Origin: Ignavibacteriota bacterium
Lineage (GTDB): Bacteria; Bacteroidota; Ignavibacteria; UBA10030
Assembly: GCA_963778945.1 (NCBI GenBank)
Contig: CAVZWL010000009.1
Span: 135,968-199,967 of the forward strand
Direction: 5' to 3'
Length of the DNA stretch: 64,000 bases
The notes under the pieces are model-generated. The model saw only the letters and a program-made list of their open reading frames with translations. It was not told the DNA's origin and did no database searches. The first letter of the stretch is position 1. Every line of letters starts with the position of its first letter. This document shows positions 47,326-55,469 of the stretch, piece after piece. Both the position numbers and the translations under genes were made by a program.

Positions 47326-48462
47326 ATGAATCTTGAAAATTTTAAGGCCGGTACCTATCGTCAGCAGAATCAATATAAAAGTTTTTCCCCTTCCAAAGTA
47401 AATGAGAATTGGTTTTGGAATAATCAGAAGTTGAATACTCTTCTTGCGGAGGCAAACTATAAGTTAGGATCGCTCAATGCATTTTCGCTCCATGTGCCCG
47501 ATGTCGATTTCTATATCCAGATGCACAAGACAAAGGAGGCTACTGCCTCCAGCCGAATAGAAGGAACGAAAACTGAGGTTGAAGATGCGTTGCTGCGGAA
47601 AGCGGATGTTCTGCCTGAGCGGCGTGATGATTGGCAGGAAGTGCAAAACTACATCGATGCATTGAATTTTGCAGTCTGTCAATTGGAAACGCTTCCTGTC
47701 TCTACACGGTTACTGAAAGAGACCCATCGGATACTCTTATGCAAAGGACGCGGCGAGAGGAAAGACCCCGGAGAATATCGTCACAGTCAGAATTGGATTG
47801 GCGGTACAAATCCAGGTAATGCAGCTTTTGTGCCTCCGCATCATGAAGAAATCCCGGAGTTGATGGGAGATTTGGAAAACTTTTTGCACAATGATTCAAT
47901 CGACGTGCCTGACCTTGTCCGTATTGCCATCGGTCATTATCAGTTTGAAACGATCCATCCATTCTTAGATGGCAATGGTCGCATCGGGCGGCTGATGATC
48001 ACACTCTATCTTGTCAATAAGGGTTTACTGTCGAAGCCAACATTGTATCTTTCGGACTATTTTGAGAGACATCGAACGGAATATATTGACGCATTAGCTC
48101 GAGTGCGAATAAAAGATGATATTCTTCCGTGGATCAGGTTCTTCATGGAGGCAGTTATTGCTACGGCGACAAAGGGAGTGGATACATTTGGAAAGATACA
48201 AAAGCTTCGGGATGAAGTAGAGGGAGCAAAGCTGGTAACACTTGGCAAGAGATTCCCGAGAGCGAAAGAATTAGTGAATGCCTTGTATCGGAAACCTACT
48301 GTTACATCTGCTGACGTTTCTGAGATATTGGATGTAGTACAGGGAACCGCCAATACGTTGATAGATGATTTTGTGAAGCTCGGTATACTTGTCGAAATTA
48401 CAGGCAGCAGACGTAATAGAATATTTACTTTTGCGGAATACGTGAAGTTGTTTACGTCATAG
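47326..48462 (+). CDS. Fic family protein (class II, AMPylase-type); the ORF extends to a TTG at 47281 but ATG 47326 is the likelier start
   Basis: Canonical Fic motif HPFLDGNGRIGR. N-terminal inhibitory helix motif SSRIEG (S/T-x-x-x-E-G/N). Fic_N-like start MNLENFKAGTYRQQNQYKSFSP. Confidence 0.85.
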   Translation: MNLENFKAGTYRQQNQYKSFSPSKVNENWFWNNQKLNTLLAEANYKLGSLNAFSLHVPDVDFYIQMHKTKEATASSRIEGTKTEVEDALLRKADVLPERRDDWQEVQNYIDALNFAVCQLETLPVSTRLLKETHRILLCKGRGERKDPGEYRHSQNWIGGTNPGNAAFVPPHHEEIPELMGDLENFLHNDSIDVPDLVRIAIGHYQFETIHPFLDGNGRIGRLMITLYLVNKGLLSKPTLYLSDYFERHRTEYIDALARVRIKDDILPWIRFFMEAVIATATKGVDTFGKIQKLRDEVEGAKLVTLGKRFPRAKELVNALYRKPTVTSADVSEILDVVQGTANTLIDDFVKLGILVEITGSRRNRIFTFAEYVKLFTS

Positions 48463-48477
48463 AAAGGTTTGAACGTG

Positions 48478-48757
48478 CCCTCCCGCATAAATTGCAGGAT
48501 TCTCAAAATGGCAGCCACTCGCAAAAAACGCTCTTGGGCCATTTTTGCCCTCCCGCATAAATTGCGGGATTCTCAAAATGGCAGCTGCTCGCAAAAAACG
48601 CTCTTGGGCCATTTTTGCCCTCCCGCATAAATTGCGGGATTCTCAAAATGGCAGCTGCTCGCAAAAAACCCTCTTGGGCCATTTTTACCCTCCCGCATAA
48701 ATCGCGGGATTCTCAAAATGGCAACTGCTCGATAAAAACTCTCGCAGGCCATTTTGG
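48478..48757 (+). repeat. tandem repeat, 4 x 70 bp, near-identical units each containing two hairpins
   Basis: Units start at 48478, 48548, 48618 and 48688. Unit 2 is ccctcccgcataaattgcgggattctcaaaatggcagctgctcgcaaaaaacgctcttgggccatttttg, with hairpins cccgca/tgcggg and aaaatggc/gccatttt. Confidence 0.9.
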
Positions 48758-48842
48758 AATATGGGTGCGTAAAATTGCAGATTTCAAAATGCAAATTGTT
48801 CCGGTATCTCTATTTATCTGCTGTGAGCAATCGCTTTTTAGG

Positions 48843-49035
48843 CTCACAATGTAACAAATTTGGTAACCGCTGTAATTATTAGAAACGCCCAGCGAATTTC
48901 ATTAAGTCCTTTCACAAATTACAAAACAATGTGAATGAAGACAAGATGTTTCTTCGAGTAGTTTCAATAGTAGTATCGCAGATATACAGCCATTTACAGC
49001 CCGGAAAATCGCATTCTAAAGTGAATAAAATATCG
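48843..49035 (+). repeat. island-boundary module, copy 2
   Basis: ctcacaatgtaacaaatttggtaaccgctgtaat ... cctttcacaaattacaaaacaatgtgaatgaagacaagatgttt. Preceded at 48761-48799 by tatgggtgcgtaaaattgcagatttcaaaatgcaaattg, which matches the tRNA 5' end plus flank at 62722-62760. Confidence 0.65.
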
Positions 49036-49267
49036 TTTGTTTCCAATTAAGAATCAAAATTGTTGGATTGCATTCAGTATAAAATATTAGTAACCTTGCT
49101 TTACAGATAAAACTGGATCGGGAGGATTTAGACTTTCATCCCGTTCCGGGAAAATGATTCAATCTCAATATCTTTACATTTACAGCAAATCAATAATTTA
49201 TCCGTTAAAACCCATATTGGATGGACAGGGTTCTATTTAATAGATAGGCCGTTTGCCGATAGAAAAA

Positions 49268-49754
49268 ATGCCAAGGCATTATACATATCGAATGGATCAC
49301 GATTTAGGTTTTGCGCCGAATCCTTCTGGAGGTATATGTCACTTTATGCGGTTGTAAAACTACTTCGATTGAACAGTGGGCTACCAATGGAAGTTGGGTT
49401 GTTGGCATCGGTGGTAACAATACAGGGTGTTCTGATAAGCTGATCTATGCAATGAAAGTTGACGAAACACTCTCCTATAAAGATTATAAAATTCAATACC
49501 CGAAACGCAGTCGTTACTTAGTCGGGCACGAAATTGATTCTGCTGCTCATGTCTTGGTGTCCAGACATTTTTACTATTTGGGCTCAAGTAGTATAAAATT
49601 GCCAAGGTCTCTCAAATCGATTCTTCATCGTCGATGGGGATGCAAATCTCTCTCTGACGATCAAGCTGAGCAAATCCAACAATGGCTATCAAAAACATTT
49701 AGCAAGATGGGTAAACTGGGTGTACCTGCCAATTTATCAGCTCAGAATTGTTAA
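49268..49754 (+). CDS. Nmad2-like (nucleotide modification associated domain 2-like) protein, one frame change near 49335-49345 (tentative family call)
   Basis: ATG 49268 gives MPRHYTYRMDHDLGFAPNPSGGI, then the +1 frame gives TLCGCKTTSIEQWATNGSWVVGIGG... The DxGFAPNP / C-x-x-CK / W..G.GG pattern is what I recall for Nmad2. Needs HMM confirmation. Confidence 0.45.
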
Positions 49755-49925
49755 ATAATGGCAAATGGTCAAACCAGGCACGACTAGTTGACGATAAGAA
49801 CCTTAGTGCAATTAATCGCGCGAATAAGTTTATGTAAGGATTAGATGTACGCGCGTAGATGTTAAAATGTGGTAGTTATCGTCGACTCAGCTTAGTGCCA
49901 ATCTATTGATGGAGAAAAAATAGTA

Positions 49926-50654
49926 ATGGATATAACCAGAAAGTGTCGAGACTGCGGTTACTCCTATGACCCATCTAAAGACGAAAATGTAAAATATTGT
50001 CCGAATTGTGGCCATGAAAGCTGGGATGGATCTGTGCATGCCTCAGGCGCGACGTACACTGAATTGGATGTTAGCGCCCTGAGTCAACAAAGACAAATCG
50101 AAGGAGAGCGAATCAAAAAAACGGATCTTAATACAAATGCTAATCTATCCACAGATCGCTGTGGCCCATCGAAGATTTCTATCGATCGCAAGGAGCGAGT
50201 TCCCGGGTTTGAACAAGAAGGTGAGGTAGCAGAAACGCTACTCAATTCTTACAACAAATTGCGCAACACGGGCTATCAGATAAAAGATAAGATTGAAGAA
50301 GACAGCGATTATGCTGATCGCATTTTTGTTTCTGTAAAAGATATACCGGCTTGCATATATATCCAAATTCGACATCTTGATCCTAAGATGGCTGCTGATG
50401 TCGCTAGAAAGGGCGCATATCAAAGTGCCCACACAACTGAGGATTTCATATTATCGATAAAAGGCGCAATCGCTGATAAAGCAAGGGTTGATCCGGATAT
50501 CAAAAGAAAAACGTTGCTTCAATTAATTCTTATCACACCATTGGATGCTAAGATCAGTCGCGATATCGAAAATAGTAAATTTGACTTCAAGGACTTCAAA
50601 GAGATATGGATTTCACCGTTTCACCAAGACTCGTTTCCTTTAAATCATCTGTAA
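49926..50654 (+). CDS. zinc-ribbon protein with uncharacterised C-terminal alpha/beta domain
   Basis: 242 aa. CRDCG-x17-CPNCG zinc ribbon. The C-terminal ~150 aa has no motif I can name (possible PD-(D/E)xK-like spacing, weak). Confidence 0.5.
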   Translation: MDITRKCRDCGYSYDPSKDENVKYCPNCGHESWDGSVHASGATYTELDVSALSQQRQIEGERIKKTDLNTNANLSTDRCGPSKISIDRKERVPGFEQEGEVAETLLNSYNKLRNTGYQIKDKIEEDSDYADRIFVSVKDIPACIYIQIRHLDPKMAADVARKGAYQSAHTTEDFILSIKGAIADKARVDPDIKRKTLLQLILITPLDAKISRDIENSKFDFKDFKEIWISPFHQDSFPLNHL

Positions 50655-50815
50655 AGCCAGAGTTCTCGATTCGCTGACCATCTTCAAAGGGAAAAAGCCA
50701 AAGTATACGTTTTTTAAAGAGGACTGATCTACATTAAAAGAATCGTTTACAAAATTATTTTCGTAATCCGATATAGAAAACATAAGGTGCATTAAACAAT
50801 AAACTGGGAACATCC

Positions 50816-51703
50816 ATGGCTTTACTTTTCAATACAGGTATAGAGAATAAAATATTAGGTGTTTCTTTGGACACCATCTTTACAACCCTAGTGACTATTA
50901 GCATATTCATCCTCGGTTATCTATTCAACAGAGTCTATGAATGGCGAAAGGAAATGCGCCACTTCAAAGATGTCCGTAATTTAATTTGCTCACATCTAGA
51001 ATCATTGATAGAACATATCGACAAGCAAATAGGACAGTATAAGAAATTCGGAGAGCATCTTGCTAGCCATAAACTTGAAGAATATACTTTTAATGAATCC
51101 CTTATCCAAACTGATTTTCTGAGTAATCTGCCTTATCTCGACATTTTTCAAGCCTTCAAGCTCGGCCCAAGAAGCCAACGCAGCCAACGCATTGAAGCCT
51201 ACAACTCTATGTTTCAAGCGATAAAATTTATCGAAAGACAAAATTTAATAACAAAAACACAATTCTTTGAACTCGATAGAATACGTAGTGTGCATATTGC
51301 AACTTGGAACAGTAATAATGATAGTATACTGCGTTTTCATGACCAGCTTCTAGGATTAGTTCGTAGAAATCGTGTGACCCCCAACGATGACGCTTTCTTT
51401 ACAGAATTAAATGCCATTGTTCATGATCTTGCTCAACAGGCAAACAGTTCTGACCTTGAAATTATCTTTACGCATTTCGTCGAACCAATTATAGATTTGG
51501 TAAAAAGATTCAATTCTGATCAACGTACTGACATACTTTCGCCTCTCGTCCTCAAATCCTCGAAAGCTCATGAGGATTTAATCCGTTTACTTGATTCATA
51601 TAGCAGATTGTACTTGGAGCAATCGTCTAATTTAGAAAAGAGAAAGGAAATTATTGTCAGAGTAATATCATCATTAAAATTTTATTTACAGCAGAAATCA
51701 TAA
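50816..51703 (+). CDS. membrane-anchored all-helical hypothetical protein, stop 7 nt upstream of hsdM
   Basis: 295 aa with a single N-terminal TM helix (LDTIFTTLVTISIFILGYLF) and no recognisable catalytic motif. Confidence 0.5.
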   Translation: MALLFNTGIENKILGVSLDTIFTTLVTISIFILGYLFNRVYEWRKEMRHFKDVRNLICSHLESLIEHIDKQIGQYKKFGEHLASHKLEEYTFNESLIQTDFLSNLPYLDIFQAFKLGPRSQRSQRIEAYNSMFQAIKFIERQNLITKTQFFELDRIRSVHIATWNSNNDSILRFHDQLLGLVRRNRVTPNDDAFFTELNAIVHDLAQQANSSDLEIIFTHFVEPIIDLVKRFNSDQRTDILSPLVLKSSKAHEDLIRLLDSYSRLYLEQSSNLEKRKEIIVRVISSLKFYLQQKS

Positions 51704-51710
51704 AACCTTT

Positions 51711-54104
51711 ATGGCAATAAAAAAATCTGAATTATACAGTTCACTTTGGGCGAGTTGCGATGAACTGCGCGGCGGGATGGATGCTTCGCAATACAAAGAT
51801 TACGTTCTCGTTCTCTTGTTTATGAAATATGTTTCTGACAAGGCGGCGAGTCAAGCTGGATACCTGCTTGATGTACCAAAGGGCGGCAGCTTTGCAGATA
51901 TGGTCGCATTGAAAGGTGACAAGGAAATTGGGGATAAGATAAATAAGATCATCGGCAAGCTTGCAGCAAAGAATGATCTCAAAGGTGTAATTGACGTTGC
52001 AGACTTTAATGATGATGACAAGTTGGGCAAGGGAAAAGAGATGGTGGACCGTCTTTCCAATCTTGTCTCTATCTTCAATACTCCTGCCCTCGACTTCCGG
52101 AGCAACCGTGCTGAAGGAGATGATATACTTGGAGATGCCTACGAATATTTAATGCGCCACTTTGCTACGGAATCAGGGAAAAGCAAGGGACAATTCTACA
52201 CCCCTGCTGAAGTTTCTCGTATTATGGCAAAGGTTATCGGCATTGGGAACGCAACAAGCTCCAGCCAAACAATCCACGATCCGACATGCGGTTCAGGTTC
52301 ACTGCTGCTCAAAGCTCATGATGAGGCGAAGGGAAGCACAGGGAAAGACCTTACGCTCTATGGACAGGAAATGGATAATGCCACCGCTGCATTAGCCAAG
52401 ATGAATATGATCCTGCATGATTGCCCGACTGCGGAAATTTGGAAGGATAATACTCTCTCAAGTCCACATTTCAAATCTAATAGCGGCCTCAAGACATTCG
52501 ATTTCGTTGTTGCCAATCCACCATTCTCGACCAAGGCGTGGAGCAATGGTTTCAATCCCGCAGAGGATGAGTTTAAACGTTTTGAATACGGTATACCACC
52601 GATGAAGAACGGGGACTATGCATTTCTGCTGCACATACTTGCAACGCTCAAGAGCACGGGCAAAGGTGCTTGCATTCTCCCGCATGGCGTACTGTTCCGG
52701 GGCGGAGCTGAGGGAATCATTCGGAAAAATATTGTTCAGCGCGGTTACATTAAAGGGATCATCGGACTGCCGGCAAATCTGTTTTATGGTACAGGTATTC
52801 CCGCTTGCATCGTTGTGGTGGATAAGGAACACGCTTCAGCCCGTAAGGGTATCTTCATGATTGATGCATCGAAGGGATACATCAAGGACGGCAATAAGAA
52901 TCGTCTGCGAACACAGGATATTCATCGCATTGTAGATACTTTCAATCGGCAGGTAGAAGACAAACGATACTCCCGTATGGTGCCATTGGCAGAGATCAGC
53001 GATGCAAAGAACGACTTTAATCTCAATCTTCCGCGTTACATCGACAGCACCGAACCGGAAGACTTACAGGATATTGATGCACATCTCAATGGAGGGATTC
53101 CTAATCGGGATATTGATGACCTTGAACGTTACTGGGAGGTTTTTCCCGGTGTGCGTGCCACACTATTCAAAAAGGGAGATCGTTCGGGCTACTCACAACT
53201 CAAAGTTCCGATTGGCGAGGTAAAGGCGGCTATCTTTGGTCATTCAGAGTTCACCACATTCAATCAATCCGTTACGAAGTTGTTTGCAAAATGGAAGACA
53301 GCAAACATGCCGCGCCTTACCGGTATCAAGAAAGGGGACCATCCCAAGGAATTGATTGAAACACTCTCGGAAGAATTATTGGAGACTTTTAAAAAAGCAA
53401 AGCTACTCAACCCGTATGATGTATATCAGCACTTGATGGATTACTGGGCGGAGACGATGCAGGATGATGTGTATATGCTCGTGCAGGATGGATGGAAGGC
53501 CGTGCTGGATGGCAAGCCCAACATAGACCTCATACCTCAACAGCTTCTTGTGAGCCGATACTTCCAGACAGAAGCCAAGGCGATTGTGCAATTAGAAGCA
53601 GACCGTGATGCGATTACCCGGCAAATGGAAGAGATGGATGAAGAGCACGGCGGTGAAGATGGATTATTGGCAGAGGCGAAGAACGACAAAGGGAAACTCA
53701 CAAAGGCGAGTGTTAAAGCTCGGCTCAGTGGGATAGAAGATGACAAAGATGTTGCCGATGAGTGCAAGCTGCTAAAGGCATACCAAGCCCTTATCGAAAA
53801 AGAAGCTGATGCAGGGAGGCAGGTAAAGGAAGCACAAAAGGAGCTTGATGCCAAGGTTACGGCAAAATACTCCAAGCTTTCCACAGACGAGATTAAAACG
53901 CTGGTGGTGGATGATAAATGGCTGACAAAGCTTGGTGGCGATGTGCAAAGTGAGCTTGACCGCGTTTCCCAGGCGCTTACCGGACGTATACGTGAGCTTG
54001 GAGAACGATATGATGCACCGCTGCCACAGCTCAAGAGCGAGGTTGACAGGCTCGCTGCCCGCGTAGATGAGCACCTCAAGAAAATGGGAATGGCATGGAA
54101 GTAA
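51711..54104 (+). CDS. hsdM: type I restriction-modification system methyltransferase subunit HsdM, long form (797 aa) with ~280-aa charged coiled-coil C-terminal extension
   Basis: HsdM_N start KSELYSSLWASCDELRG, AdoMet motif DPTCGSGSLL, and catalytic NPPFS. Confidence 0.9.
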   Translation: MAIKKSELYSSLWASCDELRGGMDASQYKDYVLVLLFMKYVSDKAASQAGYLLDVPKGGSFADMVALKGDKEIGDKINKIIGKLAAKNDLKGVIDVADFNDDDKLGKGKEMVDRLSNLVSIFNTPALDFRSNRAEGDDILGDAYEYLMRHFATESGKSKGQFYTPAEVSRIMAKVIGIGNATSSSQTIHDPTCGSGSLLLKAHDEAKGSTGKDLTLYGQEMDNATAALAKMNMILHDCPTAEIWKDNTLSSPHFKSNSGLKTFDFVVANPPFSTKAWSNGFNPAEDEFKRFEYGIPPMKNGDYAFLLHILATLKSTGKGACILPHGVLFRGGAEGIIRKNIVQRGYIKGIIGLPANLFYGTGIPACIVVVDKEHASARKGIFMIDASKGYIKDGNKNRLRTQDIHRIVDTFNRQVEDKRYSRMVPLAEISDAKNDFNLNLPRYIDSTEPEDLQDIDAHLNGGIPNRDIDDLERYWEVFPGVRATLFKKGDRSGYSQLKVPIGEVKAAIFGHSEFTTFNQSVTKLFAKWKTANMPRLTGIKKGDHPKELIETLSEELLETFKKAKLLNPYDVYQHLMDYWAETMQDDVYMLVQDGWKAVLDGKPNIDLIPQQLLVSRYFQTEAKAIVQLEADRDAITRQMEEMDEEHGGEDGLLAEAKNDKGKLTKASVKARLSGIEDDKDVADECKLLKAYQALIEKEADAGRQVKEAQKELDAKVTAKYSKLSTDEIKTLVVDDKWLTKLGGDVQSELDRVSQALTGRIRELGERYDAPLPQLKSEVDRLAARVDEHLKKMGMAWK

Positions 54105-55309
54105 AAGCTGGATATAAGCAATATGAGGAGAGTGTGGTCCCAAAAGATTGGAGTATCAAACCACTTTGCGATGTTGTTGACTTCTTAGATGGAAAGAGAC
54201 GGCCTGTGAAGGACAGCGACCGTGCGAAAATGAAAGGTGACATTCCATACTATGGAGCTTCTGGCGTTGTCGATTTTGTCAATGATTTCTTGTTCAACGA
54301 AGATTTAATTTTGCTTGGTGAAGATGGCGAAAATATCCTCAGTCGGAATTGTCCGCTTGCGTTCAAAATATCGGGTAAGACATGGGTAAACAATCATGCG
54401 CATGTTTTGAGACCTAAACCAGGAATGGCAATCGAATATTTAACGGAGTTCTTGGAAAGTCGAGATTATGTCCAATATAACACTGGGACAGCACAGCCAA
54501 AATTAAACAAGTTCGTCTGTTCTGGAATACCAGTACACTGTCCACCACTTCCCGAACAGCGCGCCATCGCAACAGCACTAAGCGATGTGGATGCACTGAT
54601 CGGCTCACTGGATAAGCTCATCGCCAAGAAAATCAACCTCAAACAGGCCGCTATGCAGAATTTGCTGACCGGCAAGAAACGACTGCCGGGGTTTAAGGGA
54701 GAGTGGGAAGTGAAGTGCCTTGATCAACTCGGCGAAGTATCTGGTGCTGGTGTTGATAAGAAAATTCGTCCAAATGAAGTTCCTGTTAGACTTGTTAACT
54801 ACCTCGATATTTATCGAAGAGACTTTATTTATTCAAGAGACCTAAATCACGTTGTTAGCGCGCCACCTGATCAGGCATATCGGTGTTCGGTTAAGAAAGG
54901 CGATGTATTTTTCACACCTTCTTCGGAAGTGCCAAATGACATTGGTATTTCGGCTGTCGCTATGGAGGATATTCCTGATGCAGTATATAGCTACCATGTC
55001 GTTCGCCTTCGACTTCCTGAGGATTGGGATCTCAAATATCGTGCTTATGCCTTCAAATCGCGTCAATTTTTAGATGAAGCTGAGCGTCTTTGCGAGGGTA
55101 GTGGAATCCGATACGTTCTAACCCAAGCTCGATTTCGACAACTCAAAGTTCTTGTTCCGCCAACAATTCAAGAACAAGCTGCTATCGGGGATGTTCTCTA
55201 CGACATAGATGCAGAGATTGCAGCATTGGAACAGCGTCGGGACAAGACCCGCGCACTCAAGCAGGGAATGATGCAGGAATTACTAACGGGAAGGATTAGG
55301 TTGGTTTGA
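54095..55309 (+). CDS. hsdS: type I restriction-modification system specificity subunit HsdS
   Basis: 404 aa with two TRD halves. Conserved spacer helices LPEQRAIATALSDVDALIGSLDKLIAKK and IQEQAAIGDVLYDIDAEIAALEQRRDKTRALKQGMMQELLTG. 10-nt overlap with hsdM. Confidence 0.85.
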   Translation: MEVKAGYKQYEESVVPKDWSIKPLCDVVDFLDGKRRPVKDSDRAKMKGDIPYYGASGVVDFVNDFLFNEDLILLGEDGENILSRNCPLAFKISGKTWVNNHAHVLRPKPGMAIEYLTEFLESRDYVQYNTGTAQPKLNKFVCSGIPVHCPPLPEQRAIATALSDVDALIGSLDKLIAKKINLKQAAMQNLLTGKKRLPGFKGEWEVKCLDQLGEVSGAGVDKKIRPNEVPVRLVNYLDIYRRDFIYSRDLNHVVSAPPDQAYRCSVKKGDVFFTPSSEVPNDIGISAVAMEDIPDAVYSYHVVRLRLPEDWDLKYRAYAFKSRQFLDEAERLCEGSGIRYVLTQARFRQLKVLVPPTIQEQAAIGDVLYDIDAEIAALEQRRDKTRALKQGMMQELLTGRIRLV

Positions 55310-55421
55310 AAAGATTTTGCATACACTGTGTGCAGCATTAAGCTGGCCTCAAATCCGGCAGCCAGAGTTATTGGTATGAGCAGAAAGTATAGGAAGTTAT
55401 ATATAGTTATAGCTATATTAC

Positions 55422-55449
55422 TGTATAACCGTGTATAATTATGTATAAC
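55422..55449 (+). promoter_or_regulatory. three direct TGTATAAY repeats phased exactly 10 bp apart (55422, 55432, 55442), about 20 nt upstream of the ATPase start; the middle copy contains a perfect TATAAT
   Basis: Read directly: ctgtataacc gtgtataatt atgtataact. The function (internal promoter or operator) is inferred. Confidence 0.4.
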
Positions 55450-55469
55450 TTGTTGTAAAGGATTAACCG

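Noticed and set aside
48478-48757. Possible CRISPR array, suggested by regularly spaced repeats with hairpins.
   Set aside because: The whole 70-bp unit is repeated nearly identically, so there are no unique spacers between repeats. There are also no cas genes in the window.
48057-48794. Minus-strand ORFs encoding the repeated peptide MAQERFLRVAAILRI..., also seen at 62771-62995.
   Set aside because: These are simply the 70-bp DNA repeat translated. The first also runs antisense into the Fic 3' end, and nothing supports coding.
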